Below are positions 29,708-39,544 of a DNA stretch of 64,000 bases, in pieces. Position numbers and translations under genes: made by a program. The notes beneath the pieces were generated by a model. The model did not search any database. It saw only the letters and a list, made by a program, of their open reading frames with translations, and was not told the origin of the DNA. The DNA comes from Fimbriimonadales bacterium (GTDB lineage Bacteria > Armatimonadota > Fimbriimonadia > Fimbriimonadales > ATM1). Within the stretch, counting starts at the first letter, position 1; each line of letters begins with the position of its first letter. The stretch is taken from assembly GCA_041744215.1 (NCBI GenBank), contig JBGTLG010000004.1, positions 47,637-111,636 of the forward strand, written 5' to 3'.

Positions 29708-30468
29708 ATTGTCGCGAGAGATTGACGGCCGCTGGCAGAGGAGGCCAGACAGACCGTGCGCCCTGGTTTGCTTGGTTTCCTAACGCCTCCTACCTCAATC
29801 TTTTATCATTCGCTCGTGAATACAAGCCCGACGCAATTGTCACCTCATCACACGACGATGCAACATCCTTCCTTGATGAGCTCGGAAGCGACGGACCGGC
29901 AGTACTCTTCGAAGTGGTGAACCCCTACGGACTCGCGCTCGTCGACGACCTCGATCTAAACGCGATGATCCAAGCAGACCCGTATGAAGGCCATGTGCTG
30001 CATGCGAAGTATTCGACAGTGATCGCTGAAACGCTCGAGTGGGCGATGGATGCAGGGTGCGATGGAGTCTTCTACCGCCTCCTCGGCGCCGCACCGCAGT
30101 GGTCGACGCCGATGCAGTACGGTGGACATCACCTCGGGCGCGATCGTGATCTGCTCGACTCTGTGAATGAGGCGCGATTTAACGTTGTCTATGTCGATGG
30201 CGGACCTGGCGTCTATCTCGACTTCGTTAGCGATCTCCCAGCATCGGCTTTTGCCTGGGACGAAGCCGAAAGCGGAATCTCGCCGAGCGAGGTCCGCGAG
30301 CTGCGGATGGGAACGATCGCTTGCGGATTGTTCGGTGATAAAAAGAAGCTTTGGAAAGACTTCGATGCAACCGGTTTGGTTTTCTTTGCGAGATCAACGT
30401 TCGATGCCGACTTTGAACAAATCGCTCTCGAGTGCAATCAGCTGAGGAGTCACGCGCCGCATGAATAG
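29704..30468 (+). CDS. Divergent uroporphyrinogen decarboxylase/MtaA-like TIM-barrel protein inside the nuo operon
   Basis: MNCRERL.AA..G..TDRAP N-terminus and AGCDGVFY motif typical of URO-D-like proteins; overlaps nuoM (4 bp) and nuoN (8 bp). Confidence 0.65.
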   Translation: MNCRERLTAAGRGGQTDRAPWFAWFPNASYLNLLSFAREYKPDAIVTSSHDDATSFLDELGSDGPAVLFEVVNPYGLALVDDLDLNAMIQADPYEGHVLHAKYSTVIAETLEWAMDAGCDGVFYRLLGAAPQWSTPMQYGGHHLGRDRDLLDSVNEARFNVVYVDGGPGVYLDFVSDLPASAFAWDEAESGISPSEVRELRMGTIACGLFGDKKKLWKDFDATGLVFFARSTFDADFEQIALECNQLRSHAPHE

Positions 30469-31975
30469 CGCAATTGTCCAACCCGCGCCGATTCCATGGG
30501 ATGCCTTGCTGCCTCTCATCGTCGTTGCCTCCACAGGCCTGCTTGCAATGATCATCGAGATGATCTGGCCCCGTCGCAGCAATGACTTGATCGTATGGGT
30601 TTGCATTGCGGGACTTGCCGCAGCGGCTGGCACGGTTGTCTGGCATTGGCACCTGCCCCCAATCGAATCATTCGGCCTTCGCTTCGACAACGCGGAAGGT
30701 TCGCTTGGTGGTGGTCTTTTCATCCATGATCGGTTCGCACAGATCATTCAGCTTACGTTGATAGCGACCGCGTTCCTGACCGTCCTGTTTAGCGAGGGCT
30801 ATCTGCGCGAAAAGAGGCTTGCGTTTGGCGAGTTTTATCCGCTCGTCATGTGGGCCACGATGGGTGGGATTATCATGGCAACGTCGAGGGACTTGCTAAT
30901 TGTCTTCCTGGGATTAGAAACACTCTCGATCGCCCTCTACGTTCTTGCTGGCCTTAGCCAGAAGGAGAAGCGATCGCAAGAGTCTGCGCTCAAGTACTTC
31001 TTGCTCGGTGCTTTCGCTTCGGGCTTTATGCTGTACGGCATCGCATTGATCTACGGCGCTACCGGGACTACCCATGTGGAAGGAATAAGTGCGCTCTTTG
31101 CGCTTAACCTGCCGAATCCAACCGCAGTCAACATCGCGTATGCAGGGTTCGGCCTTATTCTCGTCGGGTTCGCCTTCAAGGTGGCGCTGGTTCCGTTCCA
31201 CATGTGGACCCCCGATGTGTATCAGGGCGCGCCGACTGTTGTAACGGGATTCATGGCCGTGGCGTCGAAGGTCGCGGCGTTCGCCGCATTGGTTAGGTTC
31301 CTCGACGCGTCCATGCCGCTCAGTGCTGTCTGGATTCCCATTCTTACCGTCCTCGCGGTCGTCACGATGACAGTAGGAAATCTAATCGCGATCGCGCAAA
31401 AAGATGCGAAGCGCATTCTCGCGTATTCGAGCATCGCACAAGCAGGATACATTCTTGTCGGCATAATCGCATGGGCGAAGGCAAGCTCTCTACCTGACGT
31501 GTCCGTCGGCTTCCATGCCGTCATCTATTATCTGATCGCGTATAGCTTTACGACCATCGGAGCGTTCGCTGTGTTGTCCGTTGCGGCGCAGAAAGGTAAA
31601 GAGGGAACGCTCGTCGAAGACTTGAATGGCATGTGGCGCCGCGCGCCGTTCCCTGCTGCAATGATGATCATCTTCATGGCTTCGCTTGCAGGAATTCCAA
31701 TCACCGGCGGATTTTTCGGCAAGCTATTCATCTTCCAAGACGCGGTTCAAACCGGAATGTTGTGGCTCGCACTCGTTCTCGCCGTGAACTCGGTAATCAG
31801 CGTCGCTTACTACTTGCGAATTGTCCAGGCAACACTCAAAGATCCCGACGTTCACCCGACAAAGTTTGGGGCCGTCAACGTTGGACTTTTCGCGGCTTGC
31901 TTTGTGTGCGCGCTGGGCGTATTCGGAATCGCGGTGTTCGCGGATCCGCTGCTTCGCTGGATTAGCGGTGGGTAG
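30461..31975 (+). CDS. nuoN: NADH-quinone oxidoreductase subunit N
   Basis: ESALKYFLLG, FKVALVPFHMWTPDVYQGAP, KRILAYSSIAQ. Confidence 0.97.
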   Translation: MNSAIVQPAPIPWDALLPLIVVASTGLLAMIIEMIWPRRSNDLIVWVCIAGLAAAAGTVVWHWHLPPIESFGLRFDNAEGSLGGGLFIHDRFAQIIQLTLIATAFLTVLFSEGYLREKRLAFGEFYPLVMWATMGGIIMATSRDLLIVFLGLETLSIALYVLAGLSQKEKRSQESALKYFLLGAFASGFMLYGIALIYGATGTTHVEGISALFALNLPNPTAVNIAYAGFGLILVGFAFKVALVPFHMWTPDVYQGAPTVVTGFMAVASKVAAFAALVRFLDASMPLSAVWIPILTVLAVVTMTVGNLIAIAQKDAKRILAYSSIAQAGYILVGIIAWAKASSLPDVSVGFHAVIYYLIAYSFTTIGAFAVLSVAAQKGKEGTLVEDLNGMWRRAPFPAAMMIIFMASLAGIPITGGFFGKLFIFQDAVQTGMLWLALVLAVNSVISVAYYLRIVQATLKDPDVHPTKFGAVNVGLFAACFVCALGVFGIAVFADPLLRWISGG

Positions 31976-31996
31976 CTCAATCTGGCCCGCAAAGAT

Positions 31997-32764
31997 CTAG
32001 TAGAACCAAGCGGCAAGAAAGTAGTTGGTAATGTAAATCAAAACCATACTGATCACAACCGCATTCGTGGTGGCCCGCCCCACTCCGACTGCACCGCCAG
32101 TCGTTCGAAGTCCTTGTTGGCAGGCTACAATCGCGATAATCAAACCAAAAAACGCCGTCTTCAAAACCCCGCCTGCGAAGTCCCAAGGTTCCGTAAAGAC
32201 CTGAAGCGAGCGGATGAACTGCGACGTAGGAATTCCGTGCCCTGATGCGACGAGCATCGCGCCGGTCGTCGCGCAGTAAGTTCCAACCAGCGCAAGCACA
32301 GGCAGCATGGTTAATCCTGCTACGACACGAGGAATCAAAAGGTAAGAAAACGGATTCACGGCAAGCGCGCGCAGCGCATCGATCTGCTCGGTAACTGCCA
32401 TCGTTCCGATCTGGGCGGCCATCGCACTGCCACACCTCGCAGCAACCATGATCCCCGCGATGACAGGCGCGAGTTCCCGACCGACCGTCAGCCCGATAAC
32501 GCCGCCCATCAATTCGCCTGCCCCCGACCGCTGGAGCAAAGGCGAGAGATACAGCGAAAGCACTGCCCCAGACGCGAAGGTGGTCATTGCGACGATCGGA
32601 ACGCTGCTAACGCCGACGAAAGCCATCTGCCCCAGCGTCTCCCCCACCTCGAAAGGTCGCCGGAACAACCGCTTGCAGGTCTCCCAGAGAAGGATAGTAA
32701 CCTCGCCGACGAACACAATAGGCGGCAACAGCCAACTGTGCGCCCTCTTCGCCGGCCGAGACAT
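31997..32764 (-). CDS. mlaE: MlaE-family ABC transporter permease
   Basis: RELAPV, GSAMAAQIGTMAVTEQIDAL, GAVGVGRATT. Confidence 0.92.
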   Translation of the reverse strand: MSRPAKRAHSWLLPPIVFVGEVTILLWETCKRLFRRPFEVGETLGQMAFVGVSSVPIVAMTTFASGAVLSLYLSPLLQRSGAGELMGGVIGLTVGRELAPVIAGIMVAARCGSAMAAQIGTMAVTEQIDALRALAVNPFSYLLIPRVVAGLTMLPVLALVGTYCATTGAMLVASGHGIPTSQFIRSLQVFTEPWDFAGGVLKTAFFGLIIAIVACQQGLRTTGGAVGVGRATTNAVVISMVLIYITNYFLAAWFY

Positions 32765-32770
32765 GAAGGC

Positions 32771-32798
32771 AGTATATCCCCCCTAAAGCCGGTATATT
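32771..32798. promoter_or_regulatory. Back-to-back -10 hexamers for two leaderless transcripts
   Basis: TATACT (minus, 32771-32776) and TATATT (plus, 32793-32798), each 6 nt before its ATG; 40-bp intergenic region with no SD. Confidence 0.65.
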
Positions 32799-32804
32799 CC
32801 AAGC

Positions 32805-34493
32805 ATGCGCCGCCTGCCAGTCATCGTTTCCATCGCCGCTCTCAGCGCATTCGCCGCGAGTCAGACAGCGCCGTGGCCAACGACCAAGGCCGAGTCGACC
32901 AACTTTGAGCAAACTTCGACCTACCGAGATGTAATCGAGTTCATTGAAGAGCTGCAGCGTCTAGGCGCGCCTTATCAACTGGAATACATCGGCGAGAGTG
33001 AAAAGGGAAAGAGAATTCCGATGGTGGTCGTGGCGAACGGCCTCGTGGCAAACCCCTCGGATGCAAGGCGGAGCGGGAAGGCGATCGTATACATCCAAGC
33101 CAACATCCATGGCGGCGAGGTCGAAGGGAAGGAAGCGAGCCTTCGACTGATGCGCGAAATCGCCATCATGCTGGACGCCCGAAAAAAGGGGAGATCACTA
33201 TCAGAAGCAGAACAGCGTCTTGCGGAGATACTGCAAGGCACGATCTTGCTCTTCTGTCCGATTTACAACATCGATGGTAATGACGACTTCGGCGACGGAA
33301 TCAGGAATCGCGGATCGCAGGACGGACCTGCCACAGTCGGAACTCGTGCGAACGGGCAGGGTTTTGATCTCAATCGCGATTGCATCAAAGCACAGTCCCA
33401 CGAGATGCAGGCTGTTCTTCGGAACATCTACACAACGTGGGACCCCGACGTCATCATGGATCTGCACACGACGAACGGCACTCGCCATGGCTACCAACTG
33501 ACGTACTCACCGCCTTTATCGCCCATCACGGATCCCGGCATCCTCAGCTACTCGCGAGACGTGCTTCTCCCGCAAGTGCGGGCCTCGGTGAGAGACGAGT
33601 CCGGCCTCCAACTCTTCGACTACGGCAACGTCTCCAGGCGCGGAGAAATTCGAAGATGGGATACGTTCGGCGTGGAAGCTCGCTATGTCACAACGTACGC
33701 AGGACTTAGAAACCGTATTGGAATTCTTAGTGAAGCGACAAGCTACTCGCCTTTCAGGGAGCGCGAGCTCGCAACGCACAGCTTTGTACTCTCGATTCTC
33801 ACTCATATCGCTCGCGACTCTCGCAGAGTCGTAGAGCTGACACGCGCTGCAGACGAGCGAACAACTCGAATGGGAGTGGACGCGAAATCGGGACAGGCAG
33901 TAGAGCTTGGTGTCCGATTCGAGATGGCGAGCCGCGGCACCGAAGAGGTCATTCTTGAAGTGGCGCAACCGGCCGTGGCGGTTGCAAGAAACAAAGCACC
34001 GAAAGAGCTTGAAAGTGTCTCGATGGAGATCTTTGATCGATTTCGACCGACCCGAACATCGAAGCTGCCGGGAGGGTACCTCCTGTCTTCCGGCAGCGGT
34101 GATGCAATCGCGGTTCTCCTCAAGCATGGAGTCACTGTTGAGCGCGTGACTGATAACGCAGTTGTCCCTGTCGAACGCTTCGCAGTAGCGGAAGCGGTCG
34201 TTTCTACACAGCCCTTCCAAGGGAGACTCTTAACGCGGCTGGAAGGCGAATTCCAAAAAGCCGACCTGCACATCGAGCGAGGCTGGTACTACGTGGATAC
34301 TGCACAGCCCTTGGGTGTGCTCGCTTTCTACCTTCTCGAGCCGGAGGGCCTTGACGGTCTGATCGCTTGGGGGTTCATACCTCCGCCAGAGCCGAACTCC
34401 ATCGCTCCAATCTACAAGATGTTTGCACCCATCAGCGTTGCCCGCGAGCGGGTCAACAGCGTGCAGGAAACAGCGAGCCAAGCCGTCGAATAG
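32805..34493 (+). CDS. Secreted M14-family zinc carboxypeptidase
   Basis: Signal peptide; IHGGEVEG, DLNRD, DLHTTNG zinc motifs. Confidence 0.9.
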   Translation: MRRLPVIVSIAALSAFAASQTAPWPTTKAESTNFEQTSTYRDVIEFIEELQRLGAPYQLEYIGESEKGKRIPMVVVANGLVANPSDARRSGKAIVYIQANIHGGEVEGKEASLRLMREIAIMLDARKKGRSLSEAEQRLAEILQGTILLFCPIYNIDGNDDFGDGIRNRGSQDGPATVGTRANGQGFDLNRDCIKAQSHEMQAVLRNIYTTWDPDVIMDLHTTNGTRHGYQLTYSPPLSPITDPGILSYSRDVLLPQVRASVRDESGLQLFDYGNVSRRGEIRRWDTFGVEARYVTTYAGLRNRIGILSEATSYSPFRERELATHSFVLSILTHIARDSRRVVELTRAADERTTRMGVDAKSGQAVELGVRFEMASRGTEEVILEVAQPAVAVARNKAPKELESVSMEIFDRFRPTRTSKLPGGYLLSSGSGDAIAVLLKHGVTVERVTDNAVVPVERFAVAEAVVSTQPFQGRLLTRLEGEFQKADLHIERGWYYVDTAQPLGVLAFYLLEPEGLDGLIAWGFIPPPEPNSIAPIYKMFAPISVARERVNSVQETASQAVE

Positions 34494-34505
34494 GGAAGAC
34501 TGACA

Positions 34506-36368
34506 ATGAAAGCCCGAATCATCCCCGTCCTGTTGCTGGTCGTTGGCGGGTCGGCCGCATTCTCTCAAGCGTTCGACGTCGCCGCGAGTTATGTCAAGCA
34601 GGAGACCTATATCACCATGCGAGACGGCGTCCGTCTGTTCACGTCGATTTACACGCCGAAGGACCAGTCGCAACGTTACCCATTCATGATGATGCGAACT
34701 CCCTATAGTGTTAGGCCATACGGGGCTGCGCACCGCAACGCTGTCGGGCCATCAAACGAATTCGCTCGATCCGGATACATTTTCGTCTACCAGGATGTGA
34801 GGGGACGGTACATGTCAGAAGGCGACTTCAAGTGGATGACGCCGTACATTCCAAACAAGAGTAGTAATCAAGTCGACGAGACGACCGATACGTACGACAC
34901 CATCGAGTGGCTTATCAAAAACGTTCCTAACAACAACGGCAGGGTTGGGCAATGGGGAATATCGTTCCCGGGATTTTATACGGCAGCTGGAATGATTGAC
35001 GCGCACCCTGCGCTCAGAGCATCCTCTCCTCAGGCCCCAATGTGCGATAACTGGCTCGGAGACGACATGCACCACAACGGAGCGTTCTTTCTCCCCCACG
35101 CGATGAACTTCATCTCCGGGTTTGGGAAGAAACGTGAAGGCCCAACACAAGATTACGGGCCGAGAGTTTTTCAACACGGCACTAACGACGGATACAAGTT
35201 CTTCCTAGAGATGGGGCCGATACGCAACGCCAACACGAAGTACAACATGAACCAGATCGAGTTGTGGCAGGAATGGACAAACAACGGCGATTACAATGAG
35301 TATTGGCAAGCGCAGAACGTCCCACAGCACATGAAAAACATTCGTCACGCGGTGCTGGTCGTGGGTGGTTGGTTCGATGCTGAAGACCTCTACGGGCCAC
35401 TCGCCTTGTACAAGTCCATTGATAACCTGAATCCAGGACACAAAGCTCACCTCGTCATGGGGCCGTGGTATCACGGAACTTGGGCGTCACAGGCTGGAGA
35501 CTCCCTCCACGACATACTGTTCGTGGAGAAAACCGGAGAATACTTCCGCGACAACCTGCAGTTTCCTTTCTTTGAGTTCTATCTGAAAGATCGCGGCGCG
35601 TTTAACGCGCCAAAGCTCACCCTATTCAACACCGGCGCGAATCGCTGGCTGACATTCGAGCAGTTTCCGCCGGATGACGCGCGGGAGTACACGCTCTACC
35701 TAGGATCAGGCGGGAGGCTTACCCAAAGTCAACCGGGAGAAGTTACAGCGATCGACTTCGATGAATACGAAAACGACCCAGCGAACCCAGTTCCATTTAC
35801 AGCAACGACCTCCACAGGTATGCCTCGACAGTACTTGCTGGAGGATCAGCGCTTCGCGAAAGACAGAAATGACATCTTGCGTTTTCAAACCGAAGCCCTC
35901 GACCAGGACGTCACGCTCGGTGGGCCTGTCGAGGTGTCGCTATGGGTCGCCACCAGCGGCACAGATGCCGATTACATCGCAAAACTGATCGATGTCTATC
36001 CGGAGAGCGCGCCAAACAACTCGCCACGTGGCCCGGAGATTCAGATGGGCGGATATCAGATGCTTGTTCGAGGCGAACCCATGCGAGCCAAGTACCGGCA
36101 CAGTTGGTCGCACCCGTCGCCATTGACACCTCACCAGCCGACCCTCGTCAGATTCACGATGCCTGATATTCTGCATACTTTCAAACGGGGACATCGAATC
36201 ATGGTGCATGTGCAATCCTCCTGGTTCCCGCTCATCGACCGGAATCCGCAAACGTTTACTGACATCTTCAAGTGTGGAGAAGATGCGTTTCAAAAGGCGG
36301 AGCACCGAGTCTTTTTCTCGCGGCATATGCCCTCTCGACTCTCAGTTCGCTGGATCCAAACGAGATGA
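34506..36368 (+). CDS. CocE/NonD-family hydrolase (alpha-amino acid ester hydrolase-like), secreted
   Basis: MRDGVRL, RTPY, QDVRGR, WGISFPG, GGWFDAED, GPWYHG. Confidence 0.93.
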   Translation: MKARIIPVLLLVVGGSAAFSQAFDVAASYVKQETYITMRDGVRLFTSIYTPKDQSQRYPFMMMRTPYSVRPYGAAHRNAVGPSNEFARSGYIFVYQDVRGRYMSEGDFKWMTPYIPNKSSNQVDETTDTYDTIEWLIKNVPNNNGRVGQWGISFPGFYTAAGMIDAHPALRASSPQAPMCDNWLGDDMHHNGAFFLPHAMNFISGFGKKREGPTQDYGPRVFQHGTNDGYKFFLEMGPIRNANTKYNMNQIELWQEWTNNGDYNEYWQAQNVPQHMKNIRHAVLVVGGWFDAEDLYGPLALYKSIDNLNPGHKAHLVMGPWYHGTWASQAGDSLHDILFVEKTGEYFRDNLQFPFFEFYLKDRGAFNAPKLTLFNTGANRWLTFEQFPPDDAREYTLYLGSGGRLTQSQPGEVTAIDFDEYENDPANPVPFTATTSTGMPRQYLLEDQRFAKDRNDILRFQTEALDQDVTLGGPVEVSLWVATSGTDADYIAKLIDVYPESAPNNSPRGPEIQMGGYQMLVRGEPMRAKYRHSWSHPSPLTPHQPTLVRFTMPDILHTFKRGHRIMVHVQSSWFPLIDRNPQTFTDIFKCGEDAFQKAEHRVFFSRHMPSRLSVRWIQTR

Positions 36369-36745
36369 ATGAGAAACCGAAGATTGGCGTCGTAGGGTGG
36401 GTCGACATAAGCTCGAACAATTGCTCAGAACTTCGTGACTTCTACTCCAAAGTCGTTGGATGGCAAGCCGAAGCGGTCGATTGTGGGGAGTTCGACGATT
36501 TCAATATGATTCCGCCCGGCGCGAGCGAGCCCGCGGCTGGCGTTTGCCACAAAACAGCCATTACGCCGGACACCCCGCCCGTCTGGATGGTCTACTTCAC
36601 GGTCGAGAATCTCGCCCAAAGCCTCGAAGCGGTCGAGTCGAACGGCGGGAAAGTCCTAACGGAGAATCGTGCGTACGGGTCGGGCGCCTACGCGTTCATC
36701 CGCGATCCCGCTGGCGCGGTCTGTGCCTTGTTCCAGCCTGAATAG
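36365..36745 (+). CDS. VOC/glyoxalase family protein
   Basis: FYSKVVGW, WMVYFTV, RDPAGA; ATGA overlap with the upstream gene. Confidence 0.9.
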   Translation: MNEKPKIGVVGWVDISSNNCSELRDFYSKVVGWQAEAVDCGEFDDFNMIPPGASEPAAGVCHKTAITPDTPPVWMVYFTVENLAQSLEAVESNGGKVLTENRAYGSGAYAFIRDPAGAVCALFQPE

Positions 36746-36761
36746 GTATATAGTGACCTTG

Positions 36762-37139
36762 ATGGTCAAACTGATTTGCATATCTACACTCCTTGCGTCG
36801 CTGCTATCGCTCTCGGTGCTTGCCGCAGGTTGCCAAAAGCCGGAGGCGAGCGGCGTGGAAGTCAAACTGACGACGGATCCCGATCCGCCCAAGGCTGGGA
36901 CCATAAAGATCATCCTAACCGTGAAGAGAAACGGGGAGCACTTTCCTATGGCTAACCCTGACATTCTCCTCACCGATGTTCTTCGGGCTGGATTAGACCG
37001 AGACGTCAAACTGACCCAGAAAGACGGTCAGTGGTTTGGGTTGGCAAATGTGACGCGCGGGCGCTGGAGGGCAGAAGTCATGTACTACGATCATGATCGC
37101 CGTGATCTGCGCAAGTATTTCACCCTCAACGTGGAGTAA
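36762..37139 (+). CDS. Lipoprotein, YtkA/FixH-like Ig fold
   Basis: Lipobox LAAG^C; TDPDPPKAG and G.W.AEV patterns. Confidence 0.6.
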   Translation: MVKLICISTLLASLLSLSVLAAGCQKPEASGVEVKLTTDPDPPKAGTIKIILTVKRNGEHFPMANPDILLTDVLRAGLDRDVKLTQKDGQWFGLANVTRGRWRAEVMYYDHDRRDLRKYFTLNVE

Positions 37140-37189
37140 AAACGGCTAGCTGCACGTGCTCGGATTATAAGAAGCAGCGAACCAGTCAA

Positions 37190-38836
37190 ATGAGTTATTC
37201 GCTCGGCCTCGACTTTGGGACCAACAGTGTGCGCGCACTCATCGTCGACTGCGCAAGCGGCGACGAAGTCGGGACTGGCGTTGGCAAGTACCCTTCCGGA
37301 ACTGAAGGAATCCTTCTTAGTGCAAACGAACCGTTGCTGGCGCGCCAAAACCCTTTGGATTATCCCGCTGCGCTTCGAATCGCAATTGATAAGGCTCTGA
37401 AAGATGCAGATGAACATGACTCGTCGTTCAGCAGAGCAAGCATCATAGGAATAGGAGTCGATACGACAGCCTCTTCCCCGATACCGATAGACAGCAATGG
37501 CAATCCGCTCGCTATGCAGCCTAGATTCGCAGACAACCTCGCAGCGAAATGCTGGCTATGGAAGGATCACACGGCGCATGCTGAAGCAGACGAGATCAAT
37601 CGATTGGCGAAGGAGCAAGGCCGACCATATCTCGAAAAGTGCGGGGGAACCTATTCCTCAGAATGGTTTTGGTCCAAGATATTGCGATGTGCTCGCACAG
37701 ATCAGGAAGTTTTCGCTGCAGCAGACAGCTGGATCGAACTCCAAGACTACATCCCGGCGTGGCTGACACAAGCGTGTGAGCCACAGCGCGGAATCTGCGC
37801 CGCCGGACACAAAGCGATGTACGACGAGTCATGGGGCGGATGGCCTGCAGAGGAGTTTCTTCACGAACTTGATCCGCGACTCGCAAAGATGAGGCGTAAG
37901 TTTCTAAGAGCCGAGCCGTCTAGCACAAACGCGGGGACTTTGAGTCAAGAGGTCGGTCTGCCTATCGGAATTCCCGTCGCAATAGGGCTCATTGACGCTC
38001 ACGCCGGCGCAGTAGGTAGCGGAGTGCGCCCGGGTGTACTCGTAAAGATAATGGGCACCAGCACTTGCGACATACTCGTCGGAGACGAAGCTACGCCAAA
38101 CATCCCCGGAGTTAGCGGCGTCGCTCAGAGTTCTGTTATTCCTGGCATCGTCGGAATCGAAGCCGGGCAGGCTGCGGTCGGAGATCTCTTCCAGTGGTTT
38201 GCAAGCCAGGTCGCAGAAAAGAGTCAATCCGACTTGAGTGAGTTGGCCGCGCGCCTCCGTCCCGGGCAAAGCGGACTGATCGCACTCGATTGGAACAATG
38301 GAAACCGAAATCCGCTCGGTGACTCGCAACTGGTTGGCCTGATGGTTGGACAAACGTTGCACACCACTCATGCAGAAATGTACCGCGCGCTGATCGAGGC
38401 GACCGCGTTTGGTTCGCGAATGACAATGGAACGCGTCTCGCACTACGGCGTCCCTATTGAAGAGGTGATCGTGTGTGGAGGAGTCGCGGAAAAAAGCCAG
38501 CTCACGATGCAAACCTATGCGGACATTTGCAATCGGAGAATGAAAGTTAGCCGATCATCTCAAACCTGCGCGCTCGGTGCTGCGATCTTCGGCGCAGTCG
38601 TTGGAGGTGCACACGACTCGACGATCGACGCCATAAAAGCAATGACGGGCGTCCGGGAACAAGTATATGAACCAAACCCCAAAGCCGTCGTGGTTTACAA
38701 TGAATTGTACGAACTCTACGTTGATCTTCTAAACGCGTTCGGAGGGCAGGCGCAGCGCACAGAACTCGGAAGCCTGATGAAAAAGCTGATTCGAATTCGA
38801 GAAAGGGCTACACTGCCGGCCTCCGAGGTACCATAG
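37190..38836 (+). CDS. araB: Ribulokinase
   Basis: GLDFGTNSVRA, LWKDHTA, YSSEWFWSK, GIEAGQAAVGD, LDWNNGNR. Confidence 0.92.
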   Translation: MSYSLGLDFGTNSVRALIVDCASGDEVGTGVGKYPSGTEGILLSANEPLLARQNPLDYPAALRIAIDKALKDADEHDSSFSRASIIGIGVDTTASSPIPIDSNGNPLAMQPRFADNLAAKCWLWKDHTAHAEADEINRLAKEQGRPYLEKCGGTYSSEWFWSKILRCARTDQEVFAAADSWIELQDYIPAWLTQACEPQRGICAAGHKAMYDESWGGWPAEEFLHELDPRLAKMRRKFLRAEPSSTNAGTLSQEVGLPIGIPVAIGLIDAHAGAVGSGVRPGVLVKIMGTSTCDILVGDEATPNIPGVSGVAQSSVIPGIVGIEAGQAAVGDLFQWFASQVAEKSQSDLSELAARLRPGQSGLIALDWNNGNRNPLGDSQLVGLMVGQTLHTTHAEMYRALIEATAFGSRMTMERVSHYGVPIEEVIVCGGVAEKSQLTMQTYADICNRRMKVSRSSQTCALGAAIFGAVVGGAHDSTIDAIKAMTGVREQVYEPNPKAVVVYNELYELYVDLLNAFGGQAQRTELGSLMKKLIRIRERATLPASEVP

Positions 38837-38844
38837 CGCGGCCC

Positions 38845-38929
38845 GGGCGAGTGGCGGAACTGGTAGACGCGCTGGATTTAGGTTCCAGTCCTGCAAGGGG
38901 TGAGGGTTCGAGTCCCTCCTTGCCCACCA
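38845..38929 (+). tRNA. tRNA-Leu (anticodon TAG)
   Basis: GGGCGAG/CTTGCCC acceptor stem, A discriminator and encoded CCA; CTGGA-TTTAGGT-TCCAG anticodon arm; long variable arm; GTTCGAGTC T-loop. Confidence 0.97.
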
Positions 38930-38935
38930 CAGACC

Positions 38936-39451
38936 ATGCAGCCGTTCCAGATTTCTGGAGTCACGATCAGAGAACTTGAGCCAACTGACTCGATCGAAGA
39001 ACTCACCGCCCTGCTCCACCTCGCCTACGCACCGCTGGCAGATATGGGGCTCAAATTTTGGGCCACACACCAGCTTCCAGTCGACACGAGGGACCGATGC
39101 AGCAACGGCTTTACTCTAGTCGGAGAACTCGACAAAGCGCTCGTGGCGACGGTCACCTTCTACGGTCGCTCCGAAACCTCAGGTTCGCCGTGGCTGAACA
39201 GCCCCGACGTCGCATCGTTCGGTCAGTTCGCCGTGCATCCAAATCTGCAGGGCCTTGGAATAGGCTCGCGGCTGATACAAGAGTGTGAGAGGCTCGCGAA
39301 GGTGAATCAGTCGAATCATCTTGCTCTTGACACCTCCGAGAATGCGGTCCACCTGATCGACTACTACCGAGCTCGAGGTTTCCGCTTCGTTGAGCACGTG
39401 AGGTGGGATTCAGTCAACTACCGTAGTGTCGTCATGAGTAAACAACTGTGA
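38936..39451 (+). CDS. GNAT family N-acetyltransferase
   Basis: FAVHPNLQGLGIG acetyl-CoA motif; LDTSE...YYRARGF. Confidence 0.92.
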   Translation: MQPFQISGVTIRELEPTDSIEELTALLHLAYAPLADMGLKFWATHQLPVDTRDRCSNGFTLVGELDKALVATVTFYGRSETSGSPWLNSPDVASFGQFAVHPNLQGLGIGSRLIQECERLAKVNQSNHLALDTSENAVHLIDYYRARGFRFVEHVRWDSVNYRSVVMSKQL

Positions 39452-39544
39452 ATCGTGCCTCAGCCAACCTGCAATAATGAGCAGAGTTCACCAATCAGTA
39501 AGTACCGGCTTAGGCCGCTACGCCTGCCTTGCAACCCACTCTAT

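Noticed and set aside
38845-38929. tRNA-Leu as an integration site, or as an amber suppressor
   Set aside because: No duplicate of its 3' end or integrase seen in the window; anticodon TAG reads CTA (Leu), not the UAG stop
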